Shown: piece by piece, positions 46,495 to 59,175 of the stretch
Numbering within the stretch: position 1 is the first letter of the stretch
Layout: every line of letters begins with the position of its first letter
DNA from: Vicinamibacterales bacterium
GTDB taxonomy: Bacteria > Acidobacteriota > Vicinamibacteria > Vicinamibacterales > 2-12-FULL-66-21
NCBI GenBank assembly: GCA_048594885.1
Contig: JBMDXB010000112.1
Coordinates: forward strand, 150,088-214,087
Direction: 5' to 3'
DNA: 64,000 nt
Made by a program: the position numbers and the translations under genes
Notes under the pieces: model-generated
What the model saw: the letters and a program-made list of their open reading frames with translations, nothing else
What the model was told of the DNA's origin: nothing
Database searches by the model: none

Positions 46495-49104
46495 ATGAGG
46501 CGAATCCTCGTTCCCATTTGTCTGCTGCTGGTGCTCGCGTCGTCGTCGCCAGGCGCTCGCCAGGAGTTCATCGTCGAACAGAGCATCTCGTCGGAGTACC
46601 CGGCGGACGACGTGCTGATTCGCAGCCTCCAGTTGATGGGAGAGCGCGCCAAGGCAGCGGAGACCGCGCTGCAGAAGGCGCCAGACCGGTCGGCGACGTT
46701 CGACCTCCTCCTGAAGGCCGGCCGCCGCGGCGACGCGCTCGACGTGCTGGAGCGGATCGTCGAGAGACGTCCCGAGGAGATGCGCGCAGCCTTTGCGGCC
46801 ATCGGTTCTGCGGGCCGCGATTTCGCGGCCGACAAGGCACGCGATCATGCGCAACGGCTTCGCGGGCTCGTGGAGCGCGCGAAGGCGCGGCTCGCGGCGC
46901 TGCCGCGCGACGAGGCGGCGCGCGTCGCGCGCGCCCTGGTCAGCGTCGAGTCCGAGCTCGCGATCGGGACGAACTCGAACCCGTGGCGGCAGCTCCTCGC
47001 CGCCTTCGTGTCCGAGTATGCGGAGACGCCAGAGGCGGCACTGGCGCGCGTGGACGTGCTCGCCAGCGACTATGACCGGCGCGGAGCCGAACGGGTCGCG
47101 GCGCTCGAGGCGTTTGCCCGCGAACACCCGGGCACCATCGCAGGCGCCAAGGCGCTGCACCAGATTGGATTCGACCTGGCGCACAACGCGATCATGTTCG
47201 GCGAACGCGAAGGCTCCGATCCGACGGGCCGCTTCTTTCGCCTGATGGACATCGTGAACGAGCTGCGCAGCGGACGGTATCCCGCGTCGGAGTGGGTCGA
47301 CAAGGCGCTGTCGCTCGCGCTTGAATTCCGCGCTTACAAACCTTCGTACTCCGCAGCAAACGTGAAACGGATGCTGGACGCGTACGATGCGCTATTGCCG
47401 GCAATCGCCGAACGGTTCGAACACGATCCGAACGATGGGCTCTCGCTCTTCGCCAGCTATCGCTATGGGCTCGGTCTGCTGTTTCCAGGGAAGGCCGATG
47501 CGCTTGCCCACACCGAGGACGCCTTCAGCCGGCTGGAGCGCATGGTGCGAAATCCGGATAGAGTGCGGCTCGAGCGAGCCGATTTCTATGTCAGGTCCGC
47601 CAAAGCGAGTGACGAAGGCGGCGGGCCCGCCGTGCGTGCCAAGGGCATCGCGCTCCTCGACTCGCTGGTGAACTCTGCATCCGGCTTCGGCCGGCGCAAG
47701 GCGCTCGCCACCCTGGCAAGGCTGCGATTCGGCGACGGCGACGATGCTGCGGCGGGACCGTTGTACCGCGCCTACGTTGCGGACTATCCCGACAGCCCGT
47801 ACGCGTGGGTGGCGGCGTTACGCGCCGCCGAGTGCGAAGAATCGTCCGCGCCGGCGCGCGCGGCGGACCTGTTTCGCGCGGCCGCGCAGCGATACGCGGC
47901 CAATCCGCCAGCGCGGGTCCTCGGGCACGCCTATGCTGCGCGCGCGCTCGAGGCAGCGGCTAACTTCGGCGGCGCGCTCGCGGAGTACCGCGCGGCCGCC
48001 GATTCGTGGGATCGCGACTACGGCGAACGCTACTCCCTCTACTCCCGGCGACAGCAGCCTCCCGAGAATCCCTTCGAATTCGTCGATCCGGCCCAGGTGA
48101 CGCGCGAGGATCTTCGCCGTCGCACTGGTGATCTCGATCGGGCGTTGAGCGTCCGCGGCGGCGAATCGATTGCCCGCGCGCGATGGCTGCTCGGTCGCAG
48201 CCGCTGGAACGATGCGGCGGCGGCAGCAGCCTCCTTCGTCACGGCGCATCCCTCGTCGCCGCTTGCGGCGGAGGCGCGGTTTCTCGGCAATCGCGCGCGG
48301 CTGGAGACGGCTCTCGAACTCGTCGATGCCGAGGCCGCCTCGCCCGATCTGGACGGCGCTTTCGAGGCGCTGAAGACGTTGGAGCAACAGCCGCCGGACT
48401 TTGCCGTGATCGGAGCGCTCATCACGCGCGCCACGCTGCTGCGTCTTCTGGGCAAGTCGGCTGAAGCGGAGCCCCTCATGGCGCAGGCGATGCGCGGCTG
48501 GGCGGCGCTCGATCGCGGGGCGAAGCAGCCGGCGCGCCGCACGGACGTCGCGCGCGACGTCGTCGACATCCGAAATGCCGTGTTCCGTCCGCGAGGCGAC
48601 GGCGTGTTCGCGAACGGCCACGGCTGGAATGCCTTCCGTTGGGAGTCCGCCTCGTCGCCGCATTACGTCGTGAATCCAGTATTGCGTGTGAAGCGGCACG
48701 ATGGTGAAACGGAACAGGTCACGGCATACGACCCATTTCCGGCACACGACAACGTGCTGTTCCTGGATCCCGATCGGCGCCTGATCCTCGAACGCATCAT
48801 CCGGAAAATCGGCGGCAGCAAGCGTCGTCCCTGGACGCAGGTGATGCAGACGCCGAACCGGCCCGCCGGGCCGTCGCTCGAGGTGCTCGCCTTCTGGAAG
48901 CCGTTCTTCTTCGTGCAACCGGGCCACTGGGGAGGCTGGGTCTTCGAGACCTATCCGATCGTCACCGAGATCGAGTTCGTGGATGCGGCGCGGACGCGCG
49001 CGGCGGTCAAGGTCACCGTGGGCTATTCGGGCTGCACCGTGCAGCTCGCGAAGAAGAATGGCGCCTGGGTGGCCACGGAGCTGACCAACTTCTGGATCAC
49101 GTAG
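46495..49104 (+). CDS. Large secreted helical-repeat (TPR-like) hypothetical protein
   Basis: Signal peptide [21 protein letters not shown]. An 870-aa Ala/Arg/Leu-rich helical sequence with a distinct C-terminal ~200-aa beta-rich domain. No recognisable catalytic motif. Confidence 0.5.
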   Translation: MRRILVPICLLLVLASSSPGARQEFIVEQSISSEYPADDVLIRSLQLMGERAKAAETALQKAPDRSATFDLLLKAGRRGDALDVLERIVERRPEEMRAAFAAIGSAGRDFAADKARDHAQRLRGLVERAKARLAALPRDEAARVARALVSVESELAIGTNSNPWRQLLAAFVSEYAETPEAALARVDVLASDYDRRGAERVAALEAFAREHPGTIAGAKALHQIGFDLAHNAIMFGEREGSDPTGRFFRLMDIVNELRSGRYPASEWVDKALSLALEFRAYKPSYSAANVKRMLDAYDALLPAIAERFEHDPNDGLSLFASYRYGLGLLFPGKADALAHTEDAFSRLERMVRNPDRVRLERADFYVRSAKASDEGGGPAVRAKGIALLDSLVNSASGFGRRKALATLARLRFGDGDDAAAGPLYRAYVADYPDSPYAWVAALRAAECEESSAPARAADLFRAAAQRYAANPPARVLGHAYAARALEAAANFGGALAEYRAAADSWDRDYGERYSLYSRRQQPPENPFEFVDPAQVTREDLRRRTGDLDRALSVRGGESIARARWLLGRSRWNDAAAAAASFVTAHPSSPLAAEARFLGNRARLETALELVDAEAASPDLDGAFEALKTLEQQPPDFAVIGALITRATLLRLLGKSAEAEPLMAQAMRGWAALDRGAKQPARRTDVARDVVDIRNAVFRPRGDGVFANGHGWNAFRWESASSPHYVVNPVLRVKRHDGETEQVTAYDPFPAHDNVLFLDPDRRLILERIIRKIGGSKRRPWTQVMQTPNRPAGPSLEVLAFWKPFFFVQPGHWGGWVFETYPIVTEIEFVDAARTRAAVKVTVGYSGCTVQLAKKNGAWVATELTNFWIT

Positions 49105-49105
49105 C

Positions 49106-50554
<1,449 letters not shown>

Positions 50555-50583
50555 CGCCCGAAGGTCGTGTGGATCGAACACGT

Positions 50584-53500
50584 CTATTCCTTCGAAATCG
50601 TCTCGTCGAGATTGAGCAGCGCGTTGGCGACGAGCGTCCACGCTGCCCGCTCGGCGGCGTCGCTATCCTCCGCCGCCGATCCGCCGATCACCTGTCTCGC
50701 GCGCTCCGGATTGCGGCGGAAGTGCTCGACGTGCAGGTTGAACGCGGCAACCACCTGATCGATCTCCGCCTGATTCGGCGTGCGCGCGACACACAGCCGG
50801 AAGCCGTACGTGGCGCGGTCAGCCGCGGCCGCGCGGCCGTCCATCATCCGCCGCGCCAGCGCGCGCGCCGCCTCGAAGAACGCCTCGTCGTTGAGCAGCG
50901 TCAGCGCCTGGAGCGGCGTGTTGGTCCTGACGCGCCGGACCGTGCACGACTCGCGGCTCGTTGCGTCCATCGTCAGGAACGCGGGATACGGCGCGCTGCG
51001 GCGGAGGAACGTATACAGGCCACGGCGATATCGATCGTCACCCGTGCTCAACGTCCAGCGATCGTTGCTGTACGGAACTTGCCAGATGCCGTCGGGCTGC
51101 GGCGGAAACACGCTCGGGCCGCCCGTCTTGCGGCTGAGGAGACCGCTCGCCGCGAGCGTGATGTCGCGGACCATCTCCGCCTCGACGCGGAATCGCGGGC
51201 CGCGCGCCAGCAGACGATTGTACGGATCGCGCTGAGCGAGCATCTGCGAGATCGCTGATGTTTGACGATAGGCGGCCGACATCACGATCGATCGGTGCAG
51301 CGCCTTCATCCGCCAGCCCTCGTCCATGAACTTCACGGCGAGCCAGTCCAGCAAGTCGGCATGTGATGGCGCCGCGCCCTGCGTCCCGAAGTCCTCGCTC
51401 GTCTCGACCAGGCCGCGCCCGAAGAACTGCTCCCATGCGCGGTTCACGGCGACACGCGCCGTCAGCGGGTTGTCGCGGCTCACGAGCCACCGCGCCAGCC
51501 CGAGCCGGTTCGGCATCGCCTCGTCCGGCATCGCGTGCAGGACGGCAGGCACGCCCGCGTAGACCTTGTCTCCGGTGTCGAGGAAGCTGCCGCGGCGGCG
51601 GATGAACGTCGACGGCCGATCGTGACTCGGCTTCTCCTTCATCACCATCGCCGTGACGATGCCGAGGTCGCGCAGCTCTTTCTGAAGCGCGGCGATGCGA
51701 TCGCGCGTGGGCTTCAGCGCCGACGCCACGTTGCGGAATTGAGCGGTCAGATCGCGTTGCTGCTCCGGCGTCCGCTGCGCTTTCGGGACGAGCAGTGCCG
51801 GACGCAGCCTGGCCGGCACCTCCAGCACGCGGAACGGCTGCGGCGCCGCGCTGACCGAAACGCGGAACCTGCCGATCGACTGGCCTACCGGACTGCCCGT
51901 GTGTCGGAGCGCGATCGTCAACTGCGTGGTCGGCGCGGTGCCGAACGGCTGCTCGGCGACGAAGACTGCCTGACGTCGGACGCGTCCGGCCGGATCGCGT
52001 GTTGCGTCGATGATCCAGCCGCGCGGCGCATAGGACGATCCGTCACTTGTCGAGTGGAAGTTCTCGATCGAGCCGCTGCCCGATCCATCGTCCACGCGCA
52101 CTGACGTGAACGCGACGAAAGCGCCGTCGATCGACACGTCGAAGCCGTTCAGGACGAAGTTGCCGTAATGATTTCGCCCCGGACCTCGCTGCGGAAGCCG
52201 GGGATCGGGCAGCGCCTCGACGCGAACGGCACGGATGCCGGCCAGCGGAGCGTCCGCGACGATTGTGTAGACGTTGTCTCCTGGATTTGCGCCCGTCACG
52301 AGAATCGATCCGTCGTCGAGCGGCTCGTGCGTCGAATCCGCGTTCGACTCGAAGCGGACGATCGTGAGCGGCGTCCACACACGCTCGGCGGCGAGCACCG
52401 CTTGCTCCCACTTGTCCTGCGCGGCCGCGCGCGCGGGCGTCTCGGCGCGTAGCTCGGCGTTCAACGCATCGATGTTCGACTGCAGCGCCTTGCGGCGGAC
52501 CTCCTGCTCCGGCGTCGGCAGATCGAGCTGCGGCTCGACGACGAAGCGGTCGCCGCCTGAGGCGATCGTGTACTCGACGTTCTCGAAGAACGCGAGCAGG
52601 TGGTAGTAGTCGCGCTGCGTGAACGGATCGTACTTGTGGTCGTGACACTGCGCGCAGCCGATCGTCGAGCCGAGCCACACGGTCGCCGTGGTGTTGACGC
52701 GATCGACCAGCGTCTCCCAACGCGCCTCCTCGACGTCGATGCCGCCTTCCTGGTTGAGCAGCGTATTGCGATGGAAGCCGGTCGCGATCCGCTGCGCCGT
52801 CGTCGCCTTGGGCAGCATGTCGCCGGCGATCTGCTCGATCGTGAACTGGTCGTACGGCATGTCCGCGTTGAGCGCGTCGATCACCCAGTCGCGGTACTTC
52901 CACATGACGCGCGGCCGATCCTTCTCGTAGCCGTTCGAGTCGGCATAGCGCGCGAGATCCAGCCAGGGACGCGCCCAGCGCTCGCCGTAGTGCGGCGACG
53001 CGAGCAGCCGATCGACCAGGCGTTCGTAGGCGGCCGCCCGCGTGGACGATGCAGCGTCCGCTACCACCGCATCGACTTCCTCGACGCTCGGCGGCAGGCC
53101 GACGAGATCGAGAAACACGCGGCGGACGAGCGTCTCGAGCGGCGCCTCGGGCGAAGGCGTGAGCCCTTCCTTCTCCAGGCGCGCGAGCACGAAGCGATCG
53201 ATGTCGTTGACGATCCACTTCCCGTCGCGAACGGGGGGAAGCGGCGGCGCCGCAGGCTTCACGTAGGCCCAGTGCTGTGGCGCGCTCGCGGGCGCGACGG
53301 GTGCTGGCGACGCCGGCCACACGGCGCCCTGGTCGATCCACGCGCGGATCAGCGCGACCTGCGCCGGCGTCAGCGGATCGCCTTCCTTGGGCATCGGATC
53401 GTCGCCGTCGAGTCCGAGGATGCGGCGGACGATCAGACTGTCGGCGCTGCGGCCGGGCACGAGCACCGGTCCCGACTCTCCGCCGCGCATCGCCGCGTCG

Positions 53501-53712
53501 CGGTCGTCGAGCCGCAGTCCACCGCGGACTTTCGCGCTGGCGCTATGGCACTTGTAGCAGGAGGCCTGGAGGATTGGCTGGATGTCGCGGACGAAGTTGA
53601 CCGGCTGAGTCGACAGTGCCTGCGGCGGCCGCTCCGCCATCGAGGCGCGGGCGGCGATCGCGACGAGCAACAGCGCGAGCGCGGAGACGAGACGGCGGGG
53701 GTGCGGTCTCAT
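50584..53712 (-). CDS. PSCyt1 / DUF1549 / DUF1553 protein (Planctomycete-cytochrome-c-like)
   Basis: Signal anchor [23 protein letters not shown], CxxCH-type ASCYKCH, DUF1549 blocks, the DUF1553 block [11 protein letters not shown], and the usual pairing with DUF1501 29 nt downstream. Confidence 0.85.
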   Translation of the reverse strand: MRPHPRRLVSALALLLVAIAARASMAERPPQALSTQPVNFVRDIQPILQASCYKCHSASAKVRGGLRLDDRDAAMRGGESGPVLVPGRSADSLIVRRILGLDGDDPMPKEGDPLTPAQVALIRAWIDQGAVWPASPAPVAPASAPQHWAYVKPAAPPLPPVRDGKWIVNDIDRFVLARLEKEGLTPSPEAPLETLVRRVFLDLVGLPPSVEEVDAVVADAASSTRAAAYERLVDRLLASPHYGERWARPWLDLARYADSNGYEKDRPRVMWKYRDWVIDALNADMPYDQFTIEQIAGDMLPKATTAQRIATGFHRNTLLNQEGGIDVEEARWETLVDRVNTTATVWLGSTIGCAQCHDHKYDPFTQRDYYHLLAFFENVEYTIASGGDRFVVEPQLDLPTPEQEVRRKALQSNIDALNAELRAETPARAAAQDKWEQAVLAAERVWTPLTIVRFESNADSTHEPLDDGSILVTGANPGDNVYTIVADAPLAGIRAVRVEALPDPRLPQRGPGRNHYGNFVLNGFDVSIDGAFVAFTSVRVDDGSGSGSIENFHSTSDGSSYAPRGWIIDATRDPAGRVRRQAVFVAEQPFGTAPTTQLTIALRHTGSPVGQSIGRFRVSVSAAPQPFRVLEVPARLRPALLVPKAQRTPEQQRDLTAQFRNVASALKPTRDRIAALQKELRDLGIVTAMVMKEKPSHDRPSTFIRRRGSFLDTGDKVYAGVPAVLHAMPDEAMPNRLGLARWLVSRDNPLTARVAVNRAWEQFFGRGLVETSEDFGTQGAAPSHADLLDWLAVKFMDEGWRMKALHRSIVMSAAYRQTSAISQMLAQRDPYNRLLARGPRFRVEAEMVRDITLAASGLLSRKTGGPSVFPPQPDGIWQVPYSNDRWTLSTGDDRYRRGLYTFLRRSAPYPAFLTMDATSRESCTVRRVRTNTPLQALTLLNDEAFFEAARALARRMMDGRAAAADRATYGFRLCVARTPNQAEIDQVVAAFNLHVEHFRRNPERARQVIGGSAAEDSDAAERAAWTLVANALLNLDETISKE

Positions 53713-53748
53713 AAGGGCCGTAGGGCGTACGTCATGATACGACACGTC

Positions 53749-53905
53749 AGTCCCTCGTCCCTGGTCCCCAGTCACGGGTCCCTGGTCATGGGTCCTTGGT
53801 CGTTGGTCCCTGGTCGTTGGTCCAGGGACCCGAGACCCCGGACGAGGGACCCGTGACCCGTGACGAGGGACGAGGGACAAGGGACTAGGGACCCCGTGCC
53901 CAGGG
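53749..53905. repeat. Palindromic heptamer array: ~11 units GTCCCTG-type followed by ~10 units of the reverse complement (GAGGGAC/CCGTGAC)
   Basis: gtccctc gtccctg gtcccca gtcacgg gtccctg gtcatgg gtccttg gtcgttg gtccctg gtcgttg gtccagg | gacccga ... gagggac ccgtgac ccgtgac gagggac gagggac aagggac tagggac. The arms can pair as a long imperfect hairpin centred near 53826. Confidence 0.85.
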
Positions 53906-53907
53906 AC

Positions 53908-54816
53908 TGGCGCGCGTCCCAGCGCGCTCGCGGCGAGCAACACAAAGGCGATCCAGATCGCATCCGCGACGAAGAGGTGGACCATTTGCATCCAGATGGG
54001 CGCGAGCAGCGCGACGTTGAGCGCGCCGAGCGCGAGTTGCGCGCCAGAGGCAATCGCCACGATCCGCGCGGTCCGCATGGCGGACGGCCCCCGTCCTCTC
54101 GCCAGCCGCGCCGCGGCGAACATCAGGGCGACTGACGCGATCACGGCGAAGAATGGGTGCAGCAGGCGCAGCCGAATCAGCAGGTGGGACGTCGGCGAAA
54201 GATCCGCTTCCAGCGCGGCGGACAGCGAACCATGGGGAAAGAGCGTATCCCCGAGCGCGGCGACCGCTCCGCTCGTTCCCGTCAGGAGCAGACCAAGCGA
54301 GAGAACGAGCAGCGCGACGGCCGTCCCCGGCTTCTCGCGCGGCCGGAGCGCAGCGCCGCCCGAGAGCCACCACGCCGTGAGCGCCAGCCACGCGAGCAGG
54401 ATGAACGTGTTCAGCAGGTGCACCGCCATGAACAGTGCGCGCGCCATCGTCGCGTTGTCAGCCACCAACTGAAAGAGGACGAGACCGGCGCCGACGGCCG
54501 CCTCGGTGAGCATGAAGAACACCGTCCAGACAGCCCCGCGTCTGGCCGGATGGCCCGGCGCGCAGGCGCGCCACACCCACACGAGCAGCGCGACGACGGC
54601 CAGCAGCGCGAGACCGCTGGTGAGACGATGCGAGAACTCGATGAGGGTCGCCGTCGTCGGGGTGCGCGGGATGATGACGCCGTTGCAGAGCGGCCAGTGC
54701 TCGCCGCACCCGGCGCCCGATCCCGTGGCGCGCACGTATGCGCCCCATAGAATGACGGCGACGTTGTAGCCGAGCACGAACCACGCGAACCTCGCCAGCC
54801 GCTGCATCAGAATCAT
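53908..54816 (-). CDS. ctaA: Heme A synthase (COX15/CtaA family); the 3' end is undefined because no in-frame stop precedes the next gene
   Basis: FAWFVLGYNVAVILWGAYVRATGSGAGCGEHWPLCNG, HR..S and H-containing TM helices, 8 TM segments over ~300 aa. The coordinates cover only the conserved part. The frame then runs through the heptamer array into 50584..53712. Confidence 0.75.
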
Positions 54817-54827
54817 TATCCGTCGGC

Positions 54828-55565
54828 GTGACCAGGGTGGGGCAGAATGGCGGCGTGACCCTCAGCGTGATCATCCCGGCGTACAACGAGGAGCAGTACT
54901 TGCCGCGCACGCTCGAGGCGATCGCGGAGGCGCGACGGCAGTATCCGTGTGAGGTGGTGGTCGTCGACAACGACAGCACGGATCGCACGGCGGCCATCGC
55001 CGCCGCGTTCGGCGCCCGCGTCGTCCGCGAGAACGTGCGCAACATTGCCACCGTGCGCAACACCGGCGCAGCCGCGGCGACGGGCAGCGTGCTCGTGTTC
55101 GTCGACGCCGATACCGAGGTGGGCGCGACGACGCTGCGCGATATCGCGACAGCGATGCAGCAGGCGTCCGTGATTGGCGGCGCGGTCGCCGTCGCCTACA
55201 CTCCGTTCCGCCGCTGGTGGGTCCGCTGGTACATGAAAGGCTGGGCCTTCTGGGGCGCGGTCTTCAGGATGGCGCAAGGGGCCGCGCACTTCTGCCGCAG
55301 CGATGTGTTCCACGAGATCGGCGGCTACGACTCGTCGATCTACGTCGGCGAGGACATCCATTTCTACTGGCGGCTGCGCCGCTACGCGCGCCGCAACCAT
55401 CGCCTCGTGCGGTTGATCGACACCTCGCGCGTGCGCACTTCGTCGAGACGGTTCGACAAGATGCCGCCCGTCCGGCTGCTGATCGTGACACACCCGCTCT
55501 TGATTCTGCTGAACTGGAGGCGGCGTGGCGCGTGGCGGGACTGGTACGACCGCGCCGTGCGCTGA
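54828..55565 (+). CDS. Family 2 glycosyltransferase
   Basis: LSVIIPAYNEEQYLPRTLEAI, VVVDNDSTDRTAAIA, VFVDADT. The start is either 54828 or the GTG at 54855. Confidence 0.8.
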   Translation: MTRVGQNGGVTLSVIIPAYNEEQYLPRTLEAIAEARRQYPCEVVVVDNDSTDRTAAIAAAFGARVVRENVRNIATVRNTGAAAATGSVLVFVDADTEVGATTLRDIATAMQQASVIGGAVAVAYTPFRRWWVRWYMKGWAFWGAVFRMAQGAAHFCRSDVFHEIGGYDSSIYVGEDIHFYWRLRRYARRNHRLVRLIDTSRVRTSSRRFDKMPPVRLLIVTHPLLILLNWRRRGAWRDWYDRAVR

Positions 55566-55601
55566 AGCGCCCGAGGTCACGACCAGCGTCAGGTGAGACG
55601 C

Positions 55602-56078
55602 TCAGTGCGGCAGCTTGCCGGTGATCTTGAGGATCCACCGCATGCACTTGTGCCCGAAGTCGCCGCCGTACATCATCGGGCACGCGCCGGCAATCACGCT
55701 GATGTCGTGCTGACGGCAGTACTCGACGGCGTCGGCGGAGACGCTCGTCCCCGTCGCGATGGATTGATGCATCCAGACGCGGCGGACGCCCGCGGCGTCG
55801 CAGTCGCGAACGATCTTCTCGGTGGCGTCCGGCCGCGTGATGATCACGGCGCCGTCGACGCCGCCGGCAATCGACCGCACATCCGGGTAACAGCGATCGC
55901 CTTCGAAGGTCTCCATGTTCGGATTCACGGCGAACACCTCGTGCGCGGTCTTCTTCAACTGCCGGTAGATCAGGTTGCCGACCGGATGATGGCTGTTGTC
56001 GCGCGACACGCCGACGACGGCGATGCGCTTCTGGGCGAGGAAATCGTGCACCTTTGCGTCGAGGGTGGAAGGGGTCAT
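55602..56078 (-). CDS. CoA-binding domain protein
   Basis: KRIAVVGVSRDNSHHPVGNLIYRQL...VFAVNPN...PDVRSIAGGVDGAVIITRP, typical of the YccU/CoA_binding_2 family. Confidence 0.75.
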   Translation of the reverse strand: MTPSTLDAKVHDFLAQKRIAVVGVSRDNSHHPVGNLIYRQLKKTAHEVFAVNPNMETFEGDRCYPDVRSIAGGVDGAVIITRPDATEKIVRDCDAAGVRRVWMHQSIATGTSVSADAVEYCRQHDISVIAGACPMMYGGDFGHKCMRWILKITGKLPH

Positions 56079-56209
56079 GGGTCCCTCTCGATCTCGAATG
56101 GCGGAAATCCGCCGAGATTGTCTCGATCCCGTGTGACCATGCATACGCCGCACCCGTCAGCCGGCTATAATCCGCCGCTCCGATGGACTTCAGGCGCCAG
56201 GTGAACGAC

Positions 56210-57589
56210 ATGTTCCGAGCACTTCTCGTCGCGGTCTCTCTTCTCGTACTGGCCGGTCCCGGCCCACAGGCACAGGAGGCCGCAACCCGAACTCCGGATC
56301 CATTCGCGATTCCGGCGACCGACGAGGGGCTTCCCGGAACGGGCCCGATACGCCGCTACGACTGGTTTCAGAAGCTATGGCGTGAGCGGCGGTCGGCGTG
56401 GGCGGCACGCCGCGATCACGATCGCGGCGCGGTCGTCTTCCTCGGCGACTCCATCACCCAGGGTTGGGGCGGCGGCCTCGGCGCCGCGTTCCCCGGCGTG
56501 AAGGTCGCCAACCGCGGCATCTCCGGCGACACGACGCGCGGCGTGCTGATCCGTCTCCAGGACGATGTGCTCCCCCTCGATCCGGCCGCCGTCGTCCTCC
56601 TGATCGGCACGAACGATCTCGAGGAGGGCGCCACGCCCGAGATGATCGCCGGCAATCTGAAGCTGATGCTCGCCGCGATGAAGCGGCACAATCCGCGGAT
56701 GCCGGTGATCCTGTGCCATGTCTTTCCGAGCGCCGCGTCCATGCGGCGTCCGGCGTCCGGCATTCGCGCGATCAACGCGCTGTATCTCGCCGCGGTGAAG
56801 AACGACCCGCAGGTCATCCCGCTCGACACCTGGACGCTCTTCGCCGACGCGAACGGCGATGCGCCGGCCGCTCAGTTCCCCGATCTGCTGCATCCGAACG
56901 AGGAGGGCTACGCCACGTGGGCCGCGGCGCTGCGGCCGGTGTTCGCGACGCTTCGATTCGCCGAGACCGTGCCCGACAGCTTTGCGCTCGAGGAAGGATA
57001 CGAGAGCCTGTTCACCGGCCGCGACCTGACCGGCTGGGGCTACAGGCCGACCTCGGAGACGGACAAGGAGGCGGCGCGGAAATGGCGCGCCTCCGATCCC
57101 GATGCGGCCGAGTGGCCGTTCGTGACCGAGGCCACGTCGTTCGACGGACGCACATCGACGCCCGACGGGCGCTTCGTCGCGATCAACGGCCGCCTCGTCG
57201 TGACGACACCACCGGAGGGGCGCAAGATCCAGCAGCTCTGGACGACGCGCGAGTTCGCAGACGACTTCGTCCTGAAACTGGAGTTCCGGGCGACGCCGAA
57301 CGCGGACAGCGGCCTTTACGTGCGCGGCCCGCAACTGCAGGTCCGCGACTACCGGCTGGCGGGCCCCTTCAAGAACCTGAAGACCTACAAGCCGCAGGAC
57401 TGGAACGAGCTGGTGGTCACGGTCTCCAGCGGCGTGGCGCGGGCGACCTGCAACGGCGAGCCGTTGGAGGCGGAGCTGAAGGTGCCGCCGTCCGGCCCGA
57501 TCGGGGTCGAAGGGGATCGCGGGCAGATGGAATATCGACGGATCCGCATCAGGCTGGCGCGCGTGCCTTTGCCCACCCGCGGTCGCTGA
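56210..57589 (+). CDS. Secreted SGNH/GDSL hydrolase fused to a DUF1080 (3-keto-disaccharide-hydrolase-like) domain
   Basis: Signal MFRALLVAVSLLVLAGPGPQAQ. SGNH blocks VVFLGDSITQGWG, NRGISGDTT, LLIGTNDL and DLLHPN. The C-terminal half has FTGRDLTGWGY...WNELVVTV...GPIGVEGDRGQMEYRRIRI. Confidence 0.75.
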   Translation: MFRALLVAVSLLVLAGPGPQAQEAATRTPDPFAIPATDEGLPGTGPIRRYDWFQKLWRERRSAWAARRDHDRGAVVFLGDSITQGWGGGLGAAFPGVKVANRGISGDTTRGVLIRLQDDVLPLDPAAVVLLIGTNDLEEGATPEMIAGNLKLMLAAMKRHNPRMPVILCHVFPSAASMRRPASGIRAINALYLAAVKNDPQVIPLDTWTLFADANGDAPAAQFPDLLHPNEEGYATWAAALRPVFATLRFAETVPDSFALEEGYESLFTGRDLTGWGYRPTSETDKEAARKWRASDPDAAEWPFVTEATSFDGRTSTPDGRFVAINGRLVVTTPPEGRKIQQLWTTREFADDFVLKLEFRATPNADSGLYVRGPQLQVRDYRLAGPFKNLKTYKPQDWNELVVTVSSGVARATCNGEPLEAELKVPPSGPIGVEGDRGQMEYRRIRIRLARVPLPTRGR

Positions 57590-57653
57590 CCCACGTCCTC
57601 CCGCGGATCGGCCCGCTGTGATACACCGGCCATCCCGCCGTATATAGAGTCAG

Positions 57654-58184
57654 ATGGCGTTCGAGCAGGTGCTGCCCCGGCGGCTGACGCGCTGGATCGC
57701 GGCGGAACCCGATTGGGAGCAGGTCTACGCGGAGCAATTGCCGCGTGTATTCAACTTCTTCCGCTATCGGCTGGGCGACACGCCGGAGGTCGAGGATCTC
57801 ACCGCCCGCACGTTCGAGAAAGCGTGGCGGGCGCGGCATCGCTATCGCCGGGATCTTGCCGGGTTCTCCACGTGGCTGCTGACCATCGCGCGCAACGTCG
57901 CGATCGATCACCTGCGCGCCCGGCAGCGTCACGAACCGCTCGATGAGGCGGCAGCGCTGCCCTCGCCGGGCCGCACGCCCGAGCAGCAGGCGGTCCAGCA
58001 CTCGGAGGCACAACGGCTTGCCGCGCTGCTCGCGGCGCTGGAGCCGCGGCAGCGCGAGCTGATCGCGATGAAGTACGGCGCGGACATGACGAACCGGGCC
58101 ATCGCACGCGCGACCGGCCTGAGCGAGAGCAACGTCGGAACGATTTTGCATCGCGCGGTCGAAACGCTGCGCGAGCGCTGGTGA
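57654..58184 (+). CDS. ECF-type RNA polymerase sigma factor
   Basis: Region 2 (VFNFFRYRLGDTPEVEDLTARTFEKAW, FSTWLLTIARNVAIDHLR) and the region 4 HTH (MTNRAIARATGLSESNVGTILHRAVETLR). Confidence 0.9.
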   Translation: MAFEQVLPRRLTRWIAAEPDWEQVYAEQLPRVFNFFRYRLGDTPEVEDLTARTFEKAWRARHRYRRDLAGFSTWLLTIARNVAIDHLRARQRHEPLDEAAALPSPGRTPEQQAVQHSEAQRLAALLAALEPRQRELIAMKYGADMTNRAIARATGLSESNVGTILHRAVETLRERW

Positions 58185-58194
58185 GGAGCACATC

Positions 58195-59175
58195 ATGAGC
58201 ACGGGAAATGTGAACGACGACGCCTGGCTCCATGCGCTGCGGAGCGACCCCTCGCCGCTCTTCAAGGCACAACTGCGCGACCGGCTGCGGGCGCAGGACC
58301 CGGTGGTCGAGACGGATCGCCACTGGCCCCGCCGCGCGCTCGTCGCCGCGGCGGCGGTAATCGTCATGGGCGTGTTGATCTCCGTGCCCGGAGTGCGCGC
58401 ATCCGTCGCGCAGTTCGTCTCGCTCTTCCGCGTCGTCAACGTCGTCGCGGTGCCGGTCGATTCGAGCCGCCTCGATCGGCTGGAGGCCGAGGACCTGGAG
58501 ATCGGCACGCTCATCGGCGAACAGGTGCAGATGGTTCAGGATCCTGGCGCCCCGGTGAACGTCGCCTCGTTCGCCGATGCGGAGGCCGCGGCCGGCATGA
58601 CGCTCGCCACGCCGCAGTGGCTGCCCGGCAACTCGCGGGTGATCGAGACAGCGGTGATGGGCGAGCGCGTGATGCGCGTGACCGCAAACAGCCAGCGGCT
58701 GCAGCAGGTGATGGACGCGCTCGGCATCAACGACCTCGAGGTGCCGGACGGGCTCGACGGCCACGTCGTCAATGTCCGCGTGCCACCCGTGGTGATGATT
58801 CGCTACGAGCATGAGAAAGCACGGCGGACCCGCCTCTTCCAGGCGCGCACGCCGCAACTGACGCTGCCGAGCAGCATCGACGTGCGGGCGCTCGGTGAGA
58901 TCGGCCTGCGCATCCTCGGACTGCCGAAGGCCGAGGCGAGGCAGTTCGCGCAGACGATTGACTGGCACAGCACGCTCGTCGTGCCTGTGCCGCCGAACGC
59001 GACGTCGTTCCAGCAGGTGGATATCGCCGGACGCCGCGGCGTGCTGGTCCAACATCAGCCGCGCAATCAATCGCCGACGACGACCATCATCTGGTCGACG
59101 CCCGAACGCGTCTTCGCCCTGGTGAGCATCCAGCACGTCTCGGAAGCGATGGCCATGGCCACCTCAGTGCGTTGA
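58195..59175 (+). CDS. Putative anti-sigma factor / single-pass membrane protein with a DUF4367-like periplasmic domain
   Basis: A ~45-aa cytoplasmic N-terminus, one TM (ALVAAAAVIVMGVLISVPGV), and a periplasmic beta-rich domain. It starts 10 nt after the sigma gene and overlaps the ABC ATPase start (TTGA). Confidence 0.5.
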   Translation: MSTGNVNDDAWLHALRSDPSPLFKAQLRDRLRAQDPVVETDRHWPRRALVAAAAVIVMGVLISVPGVRASVAQFVSLFRVVNVVAVPVDSSRLDRLEAEDLEIGTLIGEQVQMVQDPGAPVNVASFADAEAAAGMTLATPQWLPGNSRVIETAVMGERVMRVTANSQRLQQVMDALGINDLEVPDGLDGHVVNVRVPPVVMIRYEHEKARRTRLFQARTPQLTLPSSIDVRALGEIGLRILGLPKAEARQFAQTIDWHSTLVVPVPPNATSFQQVDIAGRRGVLVQHQPRNQSPTTTIIWSTPERVFALVSIQHVSEAMAMATSVR

